Assembly: GCF_018350175.1 (NCBI RefSeq)
Contig: NC_058368.1
Coordinates: 22,136,001-22,200,000, forward strand
Direction of reading: 5' to 3'
DNA length: 64,000 bases
Origin: Felis catus
Lineage: Eukaryota
Made by a program: the position numbers and the translations under genes. This document shows positions 12,457 to 25,500 of this stretch, in pieces (the stretch's first letter is position 1; every line of letters starts with the position of its first letter). The notes below the pieces were generated by a model, which was not told where the DNA came from, searched no databases, and was given only the letters and a program-made list of their open reading frames with translations.

Positions 12457-13002
12457 AGAAGTGCATTCCTTATGGTGCTGGGTCATCTCCAGGCGCACTG
12501 GGGCCCTCAGTTCCTGGCCGTCTCAGAAGGATTGTGCACTGTTACATCAGCTGCCTCTAAGCAGCAGCTACCTTTAGAGGCAGCAGAGTTCAAGAGTCAT
12601 AAAAAATTAAAATAGGAAAAAATTTTAAACTTGAACGCAAAGTTAGCAGTTTTTTGGTATACCGTGTGGAGATTCAGTGTAGTTAATCCAGTGATGCCTG
12701 ATTGCAAATTCTTCTACGTTTCACATTTATGTTGGATTGAAACAGAGAAGCTTAGTTTATCCAATATAATCTTTTTTATTTTTTAGAAAGAAAGACTATT
12801 ATGAGTTATTTACGTAGTTGCCACAAAATGCTAGACAGTTTCTACCTAAAACTTCACAGCAAGTCCCTTGTAAACAAATGGTAACCACAGGAGCCACATA
12901 TTTGGCTTTAGCGCATGATTTTCTGACATACTAATACGTATTGTATAAAGGTCAGGCATTCTGTATAACAACGTGAACCAGTTGGGGGTCCTTTTTAAAA
13001 CA

Positions 13003-13039
13003 AAAATATTTATTTTGAGAGAGAGAGAGAGAGAAAGTG

Positions 13040-13083
<44 letters not shown>

Positions 13084-13252
13084 CGCATGCATGCAGGGGA
13101 GGGGCAGAGACAGGAAGGGAGAGAATCCCAAGCGGGCTCCCATCCGTCAGCACAGAGCCCAACGCAGGGCTCAATCCCAGGAACCATGAGATCATGACCT
13201 GAGCCAAAATCAAGAGTTGGATGCTTAACACACCGAGCCACGCAGGCACCCC
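13003..13252 (-). mobile_element. Can-SINE containing a (TG)n(CG)n tract
   Basis: SINE body on - strand; alternating purine-pyrimidine tract ~13042-13093. Confidence 0.9.
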
Positions 13253-13493
13253 AACATTTAAGACATTTAGAATCGAAACAGAGTAAAATTTAAAATGTTC
13301 GTAGATGGTTCTAATGTGCTCCTGGCTAGCTGCCCAGAACACATATGGATGGGGAATTACTGACTTCCCTCAGCGGGGAAGCATAATCTGGGGCCTCTAT
13401 ATTTTACTAACACAAGTAGCACGAGGACCCCGAGTGGGGTCTACATTGTGGCTGCTGTGCGTTCCTTGTCTGAGGTGTTTCTTTACATTTCAG

Positions 13494-13673
13494 GTGTTCG
13501 TGGCCAGTCCTCACAAAACACAGCCTATCGTGGAGATTCTATTAAAAAATCAACCCAAACTCATTGAGTTTCTGAGCAGCTTCCAAAAGGAAAGGACGGA
13601 CGATGAGCAGTTCACCGATGAGAAGAACTACCTGATTAAACAGATCCGGGACTTGAAGAAAACCACCCCTTGA
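13494..13673 (+). CDS. CAB39L: Calcium-binding protein 39-like (MO25-beta), terminal coding exon
   Basis: Acceptor ttctttacatttcag| then [59 protein letters not shown], recognised as the MO25-beta C-terminus; 180 nt, phase 0; adjacency to CDADC1 fits known synteny; upstream exons not in window. Confidence 0.96.
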   Translation: MFVASPHKTQPIVEILLKNQPKLIEFLSSFQKERTDDEQFTDEKNYLIKQIRDLKKTTP

Positions 13674-15850
13674 GGGGCTCACCCACCCTCCTGCCACAGT
13701 CACCGTGTCATTTGTTTGTACAGAAAATGTCATTTGAAAAAGTCATTGTTCTTGGGAAGGTTTTGGAGGTGCCTGTTTTTTCTCAATTCATTGTTCAGGG
13801 TAGATGGAATATAAACATTTGAATGAAAAATGATTAACCTAGAATAATGTATTCATTTGAATCAAGTCTGGGATGATTTATGTCAAATCAGAGCCATTGT
13901 ATTAGATGTTGATAAACACAGTTTTAACCCTTTGTTGGCAAAAGGCAGCAGGGTCATGGGTTTGCAGATCTGAGCCCTGGGTCAGCACAGGCCACCGAGT
14001 AGAAGCCCAAAGCACGGGCATCACTGAGCCCTCAAAATTAAGTTCACAGAGGAGAACTAGCCGTGGGGGCGAGAGGCGCAAAACCATCCCGCCTATCTGC
14101 ACTTGGACACTCAGTTTTGTCAAGGCGCTGAGAGAGCTGGTGAAGTAAGGTCCACGTTTTCAGTCGTCCTTGTTCCCTGCCTGTGTGCTCGGACTGTAGC
14201 TAACTTGCTAGGGAAGCACAGCCCCCCTCTCCCTCACTGTCCGAGCCCTGTTGCAGTGGCTCTCCTCAGCACCCGACTTCCTGGGGCACCCCCTGCAACC
14301 TCCAGCCTGGTTAGCGGTTAGTGGGGGACCAGCCTAGCAAAGGGAGGATGCATCAGCAGGAGTCACAGGGACTTGGGGACCCGTGGGTAGGATCTGCTCA
14401 CAGATGGTGAGGCCGGGGGCACTGCTGTTTCACACAGGCTCCTGGAGGGTTAGGGAATGTTTGGAATAATTCGACTGTTCCTCATTGTCATTATGGGAAA
14501 ATTTTTTTGTGGTGAAAGTTGTTTTAGAGTCGGAATCACGCACTGGGATGCCTGGCATGTACAAAACTGTGGGTCTAGAGGGTGAGACCCGCTTCTATAA
14601 AGAAGGGAACTTGCCATTGGAAGGGCAAATGAGTAAATGTGTGCAAAAAACTCTTAAATGACCAAAAGTTATCTTTTTTTATCTTTATAATTATTTTCTA
14701 ATTAGCTGCCACTCTGATTTCCCATCAAAGCTTTTGGCAACAAGGTAGAAACCCTACAAAATTTTGGTCTCAAAGATCCTCTTGCATACCCGTATGATTA
14801 AGGGACTTAATTTGTGTTCTTTAAAAAAAAAAAAAAAAGGCATGGGCCAACAACAAAAAAGGTTATGGTTTGTTTTTAGACCTCAAGTGTATGGAATGAA
14901 ATCTTAAAGCTATATTTGCAAGACATTAGGGGTATAATGATTAATGTGTATTTTTCGTATCTTTCTAAATCGTGAGGGGTCACCTTCCATCAGGACCCAC
15001 ACCTTATATGACACAACGTGCCGTGTTCTTCAGTGGGCATTTCTCCACCAGAGAGGGAAGGATGCCTCTCCAGGGATCCTCCTCTGGGCTCCGTGCCCTC
15101 TGCCGCTTTTGTACGTGAAGGATTACCTGGCAGGGGTCCACCCTTCTTGGCAGGGGCGCAGGTCCATGTGGTTCTGGGCCCAGCGTGGAGTCCTGAGGCC
15201 AACGGAGAGGGGCCTGTGGGACCTCTCACAGCAGCTCTGGCCAGTGCCGGCGCGGACGGCCACCCCCACCCGGCGGCGCATTCGAGGACCTTCGTTCTTT
15301 AGCTGACTGAAGTCAGCTTATTTTTATAACATTCCCGGACAGTCCAGGCTCTCCTAGAATTTGACTTTTCTGATTTTGCTGATTTGATTCAAAGAGAGGA
15401 CTGTAAACATTCAAAAAGAGAGAGAGAAGCCCTATAATCATTGGAGATTTATTTGGCTGCTAATACTGTTCTGCAACATCTTAGGACACATGTTTCCATT
15501 TGGAAAGCAATGCCTTGTTGTAATTCCTTTTTGATAAATAAAATGTTTTATTTCCTCTGGGAGTGAATTAGCTCTTGGCCAACAAATCCTTACCCTAGAT
15601 CAGTACCTGTCAAACAGAAAACTAGAGCCTAAGAGGCCATGAATGAAGTAGATGGGGTTTTGTGTGAGACAAATTTGTAAATTATTAACGTGAAAGGGGG
15701 GAGCAAGAAGCTCACAGTCAAAATATGTTTGCACAAAATTCACTGTAAATATTGTGAGAATTGAACTTGGAGAAGATCCTATTTAATAAGCTATTTCAAA
15801 ACACACATTTAAATAAAGACTGACTAAATAAAAAGGTGCCACACACTCTG
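13674..15850 (+). other. CAB39L: CAB39L 3' UTR (end approximate)
   Basis: Repeat-free stretch after the stop codon, ending in clustered AATAAA signals followed by a GT/T-rich tract. Confidence 0.7.
15812..15832 (+). terminator. Tandem polyadenylation signals (AATAAA at 15812-15817 and 15827-15832)
   Basis: Two canonical hexamers with downstream GT/T-rich sequence (gtttccttcctctg...ggtttgtgttcctgtc); a more proximal AATAAA at 15537-15542. Confidence 0.7.
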
Positions 15851-18829
15851 GTCAGTTTCCTTCCTCTGCATGTCCCCGGTTTGTGTTCCTGTCACTCCCA
15901 ACAGGGAAAGCCCCAGGTGGAGGGCGGGCTGGCCTCTAGGCGGCACTCAATCTGCCCAGAGGCCCCACAGCATCTTCCCCTGCACTTGACTAACTGCACG
16001 GCCTTGTTGCTGTCCCACTGTCCAAGTGAGGCTGCCACTGACAGAGCACCGCCTGCCTGGCACTAAATACACATCTCAGCCAGAGCCACTCCCATTTCAT
16101 ACTTGAGGAAACTGAGGCTCTGAGCAGTTTAACTCTCCCAGACAGCACGAGCTAGCCCTGGGGTACCAGCCCCTGGTGGCCTGAGGCCAAACTCTGTTCC
16201 TCCTCCCTCTTTCATCCTCAAAGCTGGGAACCAGGAGAGGCCCAGGGCGTCAGGAGATACTCTGTGCCCTTCCCTGCTGCCGCCTGGGAGGCTCCTGGGG
16301 GGCCAAAGGCAGAGTGAGCCAGCAAGGATTGAGATCATGATGTTCTTGGACGAGGCTCTTGGCTAAAGCCAGGCATCTGCCCAAATGTTAGGATTACCCC
16401 TGGAGAAAAGGCCGAGTGCACACAGCCCTGGTGCAAGCTTTCTCAATCGCCGGCCTCCCTGGTTCTCTTCCTTGGCGGCTCTGGGGGGGCATATCTGCCA
16501 GGGAGAGGGAGGAGCAGGTGAGCCTCTCAGAGCCTCGGTCACCAGCCAACTGGTCTGTGTGATACAAAGCTGCTTGGAGCCACAGTGCAGTCTGGAAATT
16601 ACACAAGACCTGGAAGAGATCATAATAATGTAACAGAAAATGAAATAGGAGAGTCACACTTTTTTTTAATATGAAAAGACAGATGTTTCCAAATAGACTT
16701 ACAGATCTTTCTAGTCTACTTATATGAGCCAAAACTAAGATTTTATATCTTTTTTTCCCCATTTTATCCAAAACATTACTGTACGTTTGGCATGAAATCG
16801 CCAACATTTTGTTCTTCCAGGAAGGTTTCGGATGCTGTAGTCAGGGCCTGTTGGTGGACAAAGGTCTGAACAGATGAAGCTAGATTTGGTCTTCCTAAGA
16901 AGACTGAAAAGATTGAAGATGGATGTGAACAAGGCTATCATTTTATTTTTGAAATCTGGAAAGTGCTTTTATGTTGCTACCATAACGAAAGCATAGTAAA
17001 ACAACATGCTAAGCCTGGCTTGCACTAGGCCTCTACAGATACGTCACCTCGTGGAGGAGAACGCAGTGACTGAAAGGGTAAGGAATGTGCTCCACGTCAA
17101 ACAGCCAGCAACTGAGCCGGGATTTAAGGCTAGGTCTGCTCCCAAAGGCTGTCTCTTTGGAAAGGAGGATGCATCACAAGGCAGACCTACTCTCTGGCTT
17201 TCCCAGGGTGGGGACAGATACTTCACTTCACGGCCCCCAAGGAAAAAGAGGGAATCCTGGATTCCAGAGCTGCAGGATAACTCAGTGGAAAGACTTCAAA
17301 AGCTAGATTCATTCAAGGGGGGCAAATTTGTTCCGCTTGGTCGTCTGATGTTTGGAAGGTCAAATGAGACCTACAGGATAGGGAATTCAATCTAGAATTT
17401 TGAACAACCCTTTGACTGCATGCAGGTATTAATTTCAGACTGTAATTCTGCACCTGCTTTTGTTCTCTTGGCTTGCTTTTTCAGTTGGACGTAACGTTGG
17501 CTTAGATTTCCTGATAGGAGTGGTTGCTGCCCAGCCGGCCATTCTTCCATCTCAGATTCCTCTGTGGCCCAGAGCCACAGGGCTGCCACGAGGCAGAAGT
17601 CTGATGGACGCACATCTGATTCCTGTGGGGATCACCTAGCCCCTCCCGTGGAGGAGGGTGTATGAGGACCAACACCCTAAAATAAAGTCACAAAACCACA
17701 TAAAAATTCACAACCCCTTTACCATCAACTCATACGGATTGTGGTTTAATCACTACACCGTGAGCCATCTATGTTACTTTAAAGAGCCGCGACCACAGGG
17801 GACTTTGGGGAGAACATGTTAAATACGTTAATCTGTCCTTTAGGAGAGGTTGGAAAACATGACTTCCCTTAGTTTTAGTTCTCCTGCAATTTGAATTGCA
17901 AAGCAACCAAAACATTGATTTATTCAACCACTTGTTTACCCATGTAACCCAATGTCCATTGAACTAATTCTGGACCAACCACAGAGGGACACAGCAGGAT
18001 TGCCAGAGGGATTAGGCCTCGTATACTGTCCCTGAGTCAGCAGGGCAGGTCAAGGCCGACTGAAAGTGGGAACCCATGAGGAAGCACTGGAGTCCGTGGA
18101 GCCACCCCGAGCCCTCCATCTTCCAGAATGGGGGCTGGCCACGGGACAGCGCAGTCCACTGGGGAGCTCCCCAGGCTGATCCCAGATTCAGAGAAACCTT
18201 GCCAGGATACATGTGGCTGCCACTTGGCTTCTCCTCGCAGCTCTGACAACTTGAGACCCAAATTCATTAGTCCTGGAAACTCGTTTCGGCTTAGCTAAAT
18301 GGACACATTACAAACCCACCACTGAGGGAGTGGTTTCCACATACTCTTCGTGTCCTCTCTCTCAAAGACCTCTAGTTTTTCCCCTTGAACGACATGAGAG
18401 GTTTGCACAGTCAGTGAAAGGCCACACGGACGGTGCGGAAGGCCACACACCTGGACTTCATTCCAGCTCCACGACCAGCTCTTGGAGCTGAAGAATCACT
18501 GAGCTGCAGTTTCCTGCCCAAAAAGCAAGGCAAAAAGAAGACCTGCCTCACAGCGAGGTTTTGCAAGTGAAGGTGCTAATGTGGGTGACCTGTGAATCAC
18601 GAGCCAGCTCAGGAGGTGCTTCCCTGTCTTCTCCCTCAGTGGCCCTCAGGGGCTCACTGCCAGCCGGGGAAAAGGTTTGCTGTGTGCAATCCAGGCACAA
18701 GGAGCCACAGGCCCTGGAGCATGGCACGGTCAGAGAATGACGAAGTGCGTGCCCTGTGTGTCAGGTGTGGATGTGTGGAGGGGGCCGGGAGGGGAGTCTT
18801 GAATGCTGTCCTAAGGGTTTAATACCATC

Positions 18830-19030
18830 ATCAAGGCAGCTATTGCTGACTTAGTGCCTGCTGCTCTAGACGCTTCAGGAGGTACAAAACTCAGTCCTCA
18901 AAACCACCGTAGGAGGCGTGTGCTGATTACCCTGATTTTACAGATGCAGAAACAGAGGCAGAGCGAGGGTCACTTGCCCAAGATGGTACAGGGAGCACAT
19001 GGCTGAACGGGATTCAAACCCACAGCCCAG
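18830..19030 (-). mobile_element. MIR relic
   Basis: Core-like ttttacagatgcagaaacagaggcagag...cacttgcccaag...gggattcaaaccca. Confidence 0.65.
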
Positions 19031-20729
19031 AGGCAGAAGACACAGGACTTGTGAGACATTCAGGACTTAACATCGACCACACCTAGTTCCGTGCCATTTC
19101 TGGAAGATAAGGGCGAGGATGAGGGCACCTCACAGGCCTGTGGCTGTGGCCAGGTGCCCACCCGAGGGACAGAATCATGTGAGAGAGACGGTGAGGGCAG
19201 CTCTGGATAGTTTGGTATGGTATCTCCACATGGAGACTCTGGGCAGCAGGTGGACAAATGAATCTGGAGCTCAAGAAAAGTAGGGGCCAATCGCACTGAT
19301 TTGGGGGGGTTACGGAAGTCCACGTGCGGAGAAAGCCACCCGTTCCTTGCTGTAGTTGGGGCCTCAGAACACACCCAGTCCTTCACCCCATTTTCAGGTG
19401 TATTCTTATGTTACCTGTACCTGTGGAGGCTCAGGGGGAAACCACCATGTTCCTCCCCTTCAGCCTCCTCCGTTTGTTCAGTGAGGGTTGAGGGCTGCTG
19501 GGTCTGTACTCCTTCCTCCCTGACGGCCCCAGGTTCTTTCTAGGTGTCCACCAGACCCAGTCATGGCGACATCGATCCGAGTCTGTGTCTCATGCAGTAA
19601 GTAAGCTCTGTGGGCCAGAGCTGCTCACTAAGAGGCTTGGTATTTCCATTAAAGACCAGGCTGACATACCTTTGAAAAAGTGCCATCGGGACAAAAGGTG
19701 GTTGACCTCCCAGCTAGGCCTGGCTCTTTCCCCAGCCCCATCCTGGAGAGGCCCTGGTCCAGACGCCAGCTTCAGGAACAGAGGCGAGGCCCTAACTGCA
19801 GACTGCTGTTCCTGCTGTGGGGGAAGAAGCCTCTGCCGTTTTCTGGGGGCGATGCATGGCATTCACAGGGCCGTGACCTGGCCCATCTGTGTAAATGAGA
19901 CTCTGTGCTGCCTGGGGTGTGGGAGGAAGGAGGAGGGCATGCCCGCAGCCACCTGGTGGCCTCTGGCAGCACCAGGCTGCCCTTCACCTTGATAGGGGAC
20001 ATTTCCAAGCAGACTGGCGGTTTTCAGTTGACAGTTGGCTGTGCCCATCTGTGTCCTCGAGTGGCACACAGCCTGAGCCACCAGGAAACCAGCGCCTGGA
20101 GGAGAGAGCCAGGGCAAGGAGGGCATGCAGGACTTCACCCAACATCGCTGTCAGGAAAGGCTCAGGATCTGGCCCTGGCCTCATGGAGAGGAGCTGGGAT
20201 CTGGTGTGAGCTGCCTGCGGGAAGCCAGTGAGGAGCTGATGGGCCACCTCGCTGGAGACGATGCCCCAGTGTCCCTGCGGCTCCTCCCCAGGCTGGATGC
20301 TGCCCTCTCCTCAGAGCTCCTCTCTGCAGCCCCCAACAGTGCCAAGGAGAGGAGTCTGTGAGAGTCAATTCACCACAGAAGGGCCATCCAGGATGCGCCG
20401 AGGCTGCTGGCGGTGGAATTCATTCACGGTCAGGCACAGTGCCTGACCGGCGGCCAGAACCCTCTCCACTGTCAGCCCTTCTCTCCCTCCACGCTCCAGG
20501 TCAGGGGAGACTGTGACCACTGTCCCTCCACCCCTCCTCTCTGACCACTCCTCTCCTGAATGGCCCCATATACCCTCTTCTACCTCTACACCCCCATGTG
20601 CATGCCCGTGACCCCCATCACTGCGGACCCAGACCCCTTGTCTGATCTCCAAGCGGCTAAGCTTTCCTTCTTCTGGATGGGCACTAGGACCCCGAGGCAG
20701 AGCCGGTGACTTCCCGAGCGCCCCCCTCG

Positions 20730-20809
20730 ACGCCCCACTTGCTCACACCAGCAGCCTACCAGGTCCTGCCACGCCCCACTTGCTCACACCAGCAGCCTAC
20801 CAGGTCCTG
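20730..20809. repeat. Perfect 39-bp tandem duplication (period 41)
   Basis: acgccccacttgctcacaccagcagcctaccaggtcctg at 20730-20768 and 20771-20809. Confidence 0.95.
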
Positions 20810-20926
20810 AGTGACTCCTCTCCGTCCTCTCACCCCCAGTCCATCCCTCCATATTTCTACTCCCCAATCACTTGCCCGGCCTGAGTGCTTCTCTGCGGCC
20901 ACGCCATGGCCCTGCCCCTGACCGCA

Positions 20927-20967
20927 GCTGCTGCTGCTGCTGCTGCTGCTGCTGTGGTGTGTGTGTG
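20927..20967. repeat. (GCT)9 followed by a short (GT)n
   Basis: Direct reading. Confidence 0.9.
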
Positions 20968-22159
20968 GGGGGGACTTTCCTGCGGGGGCCCCAGCTCTCC
21001 GCGCACTTCCCAGGGGAACTTCTCATAGTTCAGACTGGCCCCGGCCCTCCCCTGCCCCATAACCTCCGATGGCTTCCATGGACACTCAGAAGCACACCCA
21101 AGCCCTTGCCACTGTCCTCCAAGCACCAGGTGCCTGGTCTGGCTCCCAGGAGGTCCCAGCAAACCCTGCTTCTCGTCAGTTCCTGCCCTGGGCTTTCCCC
21201 TTCTAGGCTGTCACTTTCGCCTGGAGCTATTCTCCAGCATATACTCTGTCTGGCTGCCTCTTGACCCCATCCTTCAAACCCCCAGCTTAAATATCTGCCT
21301 GGGTCTTCCCCAAGCACACCAGGAGCCTCCCACACCAGGTTGCAGACCTCCTGGAGCCAGGCAATGTCTGTCTTCTTCACAGACACATCCTTGGAGTCTA
21401 GCTCAGTGACTGGAACGTAGAAAGTGCTGACTTGATATGTACATTTTTTCAATCAGTATTTTTGAATGAAAGACTGATTCATCCTTTATGAATCATAATT
21501 TCACTTGTGTCTTTCCCCTATTACTTCCTGTGGCACCACCTCTAGGCTGATCCTGCTAACTCCCTGCAACTCTGCCCTCTTTCTGCTCAATTCAGTCACA
21601 TTCTCTCTCCCCTCTTCTCATTCCCTACAAATGTCACCTTTGCTCATATCCTCATAGTTTCTCATTTTGATCCAACCACCAGCCATCACTCCACACGGAT
21701 GAATTCTCCACACTGATGCTGGAGTGATTGTTTAAGGGTACAAATATGATTCTGTCCTGTTACAACCTTCTATGGCTCCCTATTGCACCACAGAAGTGTT
21801 CCAAAAGCACTTCTTGGTGTCCTTCTCCCCTGCCAACCTCCTACTCCTTGCTGGCTGATGCTACAACCATATACAGTTCCAGTGAGTCATGCTGTCCTTC
21901 CATGTCCCCTCCATATTCCTCTGCCCCACCCCCCAATTCCAAATCCCCAAACATCCAATAATACTCAAATTCTAGTTTCACTTACCAGCCACACCTGCAT
22001 CAATTTCTGGGTCATGCAGCCATTTGGTAGCTAAAACAAATAACAGGTATTGCTGTATTCTTCCTGCCAGAACCTTTCTTTTCAGTGTTATCTGTGCCTT
22101 GAGTGGGATACAAGTAACACATTGACCAAATGACTGATTGACATCGGTCCAGGAGGGAT

Positions 22160-22330
22160 GCCTAATTAAGTGGGTATAATAGAATTAACAAGGAGTGTGA
22201 CAGGTTGCAGTACTGGGCCAAAGCTAACCATGAATAGATTTAAGAAGGATAAATGTGAAGTCCTGTACCTGAGTCCAAAAACAAAACTGCAGCTTTGCAG
22301 GAGGAAGCACAGGTGCTCAATCAAGGGTTT
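22160..22330 (+). mobile_element. CR1/L3 LINE relic
   Basis: tactgggccaaagctaaccatgaatagatttaagaaggataaatgtgaagtcctgtacct resembles the CR1 RT 3' region (W..N.M.FN..KC.VLHL). Confidence 0.55.
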
Positions 22331-22937
22331 CTGGTGACTCTGACATCTGAGCCTGGCCACATCACCTCTTGCCTGGATTCTTGCAGTACCTTCTGGTCTG
22401 GAGTCCTGACCACTGATCTCTTCCTATGCCACTCCTCCTCCACTCCACCTGCAATCATTTCCTGTGTGAAACCATCAGTACCCCCTGCAGGAGCTGTGAA
22501 ACAGACATGCACACACAGCTGGAATGTTGAAGAGACATGGGGTTACAAACAGCTGTTGATACTTTTGTGGTCCTTGAAGTCATGAGAGAGGCTAGGGTCC
22601 CTGGGGAGAGAGAAGGAAAGCAAGAGGCAACAAGGGCAGAGAGGAGACTCCTGACAGGAGAAAAGAGAGATGAGAAACACAGGAAGTGTCATGAAAACCA
22701 AAGAAGGAGTTACAGAAGGGCAGGATGATTCAAGGCGCTAAAGGCTGTCAGGACCATGTAGTGTTTGGCCATTAGAAGTTGGGGGCCCCTTCTCACAGGG
22801 AGAGTGGAGCAGAAGGTAGCAGTGGTTTGTGAAACAAAAGATGAAGATGTTAAGAAAGCTAGTACAGGCTTTCAAGTAATGAGGGAAAGAAAAACAGTGG
22901 GTAAAGGGAAGTCTTTGTTTTCTGAAGGTTGAAGAAA

Positions 22938-23300
22938 TGTATCAGTTAGCAACCGCTGCATAACAAATAATTCCAAACTCAATAAGTTAAATAAAACCAA
23001 TTGTTTTTTTCTTGCAAGTCTCTGGGTTGGCTGGGGGTCACCTAATCTAAATAGGACAGCTGAGGCGGCTCTGCTCCTTGTGTCTAATGAAGGCAGAAAT
23101 GCAAAAGAACAAGTGGGAACATACAAGGCTTCTTGAGGCCTAATATCAGAACTGGTATAATGACATTTTCACTTCATTCTATTGAACCCAAAATCAAGAG
23201 CTGAGAAATATATTCCACCTGTTGCTAGGAAGAAATGCAAAGCAATATGGTAAAGGATGCAAATACAAAAAGGGTAAAAAATTGGGGCCATCATGCCTTC
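22938..23300. mobile_element. MaLR LTR (MLT1-like)
   Basis: tgtatcagttagc...gctgcataacaaat...ccaaactc start; aaggcttcttgaggccta...agaactgg...cttcattctattg internal motifs. Confidence 0.7.
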
Positions 23301-23938
23301 TATGATGGGAGACAAGCAGAGGTGGAGATGGAAAGAAAGAAGGCATTGGAAAGGGAGAGACTGGACAAAATTTAGTGAACACTGGGAGAAGTGTGACAGG
23401 TACTGAATTTGCATAAGAACTAGATTCATGTTCCTGCTTGACCAGTGACCAACAGTGCAGCCTTGGGTCAGTCATTGGGTCTGAAACTCCATTTCATTCC
23501 CTGTGAAGAGGAAATGATCACCCCTACATCATGGTGTGAAAATTAAATGAGGTAATACAAAAAGTGCTTTGCCATGAAGTGCAAAACTATGTACAATGAC
23601 ACAGTAAGTTTCCAGGAGGGGTGGGAGGTTGTCATGGGACAGCAGGAACACAATGGCTACTCTCAAAGACTGAAGGGCATTCATGTGGAAGAGGATGAGA
23701 AACAAAGAGGTCTGTGTTACAGACCAAAGGCTAATGATGGAAATGGGGGGGGGGGGGGAGTTATGTCACAAAAAATAGCATTTTAATAATGAGTAGAGTT
23801 CAAATGTGGCTTTAGGAGGTGGTGATTTCTTCATCACTGGAGGTGTGGGTGCATGGCAGAAAAGCCGGGCTGACCTGTTATCTTTAGAGGATGGTGGAAG
23901 GGGACCTGTGCAGCCCATTCATGGGTCATTGGATTGAT

Positions 23939-24138
23939 CAGTGTTTCTCACCCAAGGGCAGTCCCCCATGGCACACCCCATTGTGGGCGTGTGTTGTCCA
24001 AATTTCTAGATGATTCAAGTGGCATTTGGTGCAGGTGGGCCTGGGGTACTAAATCCCCTGACAATGCTCAAGATAGTCCTAAACAATGGAAAATGATCAC
24101 ACTCAATATGGCATCAGTGCCCCTGTTGATAATCACTG
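23939..24138. mobile_element. MER20-like hAT DNA transposon relic
   Basis: Terminal cagtgtttctca...tgataatcactg imperfect inverted ends. Confidence 0.55.
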
Positions 24139-24733
24139 GATAAGGTGATTTCTGAGTTCCAACCTTGAGGGACCAAATAAACACATGTCCCATTTTTAGC
24201 AAATAAACCTGGCAAGCCCCCCAGCCTATTTTGCCACAATGCCTCACTGTTCTAGCTGAAAAAGTATTTGACTTCAGAAGAATTTTAGATATGCTTAAAC
24301 AAGCACAGTCACAATGGCAAAAAATTTATAATCCCTTTCAATAGTAAAATTATCCTCAAAGTTTTCTAAAACAGTCATAAATACACATGCTTGTGTAAAG
24401 GATTATGAAAAGATGGTCAGGTACATAAATCATTAATTATTCTAGCATGTAAAGAGAGCCAACCACCTTGCTTGGAGACATCACATTATATAGTTAATGT
24501 GCCAGCTGAAATAAACAGTACACATTTAATTTACTACGATTTTGTTTGTCCCTTAGAACATAAAAGTCTCTTTGGAGATGTCTGTTTTCTTAAAAAAAAA
24601 AAAAAAAAGTCTAGGAAGTTTGAACTAGAACCTTCTTTCCCAGTGTTCACATTTCCTCAGTTTGGGCACTTTGATCAAATTCAGTAAATATTTGCTTCTG
24701 CTGTTGATGGTGCTTCTGTCACTGAGGCATTTT

Positions 24734-24981
24734 AATTTTATCTTTAAAATTTTTTTTTAAGTTTATTTTTGAGAGACAGAGACAGAGAGAGAGACAGCAC
24801 AAGCAGGGGAGGGGCAGGGAGAGGGAGGGAGAGAGAGAGAAAGAGAGAGAGAGAATCCCAAGCAGGTTCTGCACTGTCAGCACAGAGCTTGATGCAGGGC
24901 TCGACTCACAAACCTCGAGATCATGACCTGAGCAGAAACCAAGAGTCAGACGCTTAACCAACTGAGCCACCCAGGAGCCCC
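24734..24981 (-). mobile_element. Can-SINE
   Basis: SINE body on - strand; TSD tgaggcatttt. Confidence 0.92.
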
Positions 24982-25320
24982 ATTGAGGCATTTTTAGAGA
25001 ATGGTCTGACCGTGCATTCTGTGTCACCCTCCTGGTCCACCCAAACCACTACTGGGCCACTTACAGCGACTTTGTTGGAGACGTTCCCAGAACGAATAGT
25101 CTGTGCAGAGGCCCATGATGGCATCTGATTCTGGACAATTCCCACAGATCAAATAGGCAGGAAGAACTGAAGTTTGTCTGTCACGTTGGTAGCAACCTTA
25201 GCCGAGAAAGGTGGAGCCTCCCTACCCTGTATTCATCCTATAACATATATCCATTAATTAGGGAATTGTTCGGGCATGATTATAGTAGTTTGAATGGTGT
25301 CTTTCCTCAGCATGTTTAAT

Positions 25321-25500
25321 TATTATTATTTTTTCTTTAGAAAGAAAGCGAGTGAGCAGGGGAGGGGCAGAGGAGGAGGAAGAGAGAATCTTAAGCAGAC
25401 TCCAGGCCCGATGTGGTGCTCGATCTGATGAACTGGGAGATCTTGACCTGAGCCAAAATCAAGAGTGGGACCTTAACCAACTGAGCCACCCAGGGACCCC
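25321..25500 (-). mobile_element. Can-SINE (diverged)
   Basis: ttaaccaactgagccacccagggacccc end and SINE body. Confidence 0.85.

Noticed and set aside
8500..13490. Additional CAB39L coding exons
   Set aside because: No MO25-like translation (e.g. LLGELILDRHNF...FEAFHVFK) found; the penultimate exon must lie upstream of the window
13305..13493. N-terminal part of the 122-aa ORF as coding sequence
   Set aside because: Intronic read-through; MO25 similarity starts exactly at the acceptor at 13494
19585..21452. Cluster of overlapping 60-140 aa ORFs as an unknown gene
   Set aside because: Present in all frames on both strands, as expected for GC-rich DNA; no recognisable domain or consistent exon structure
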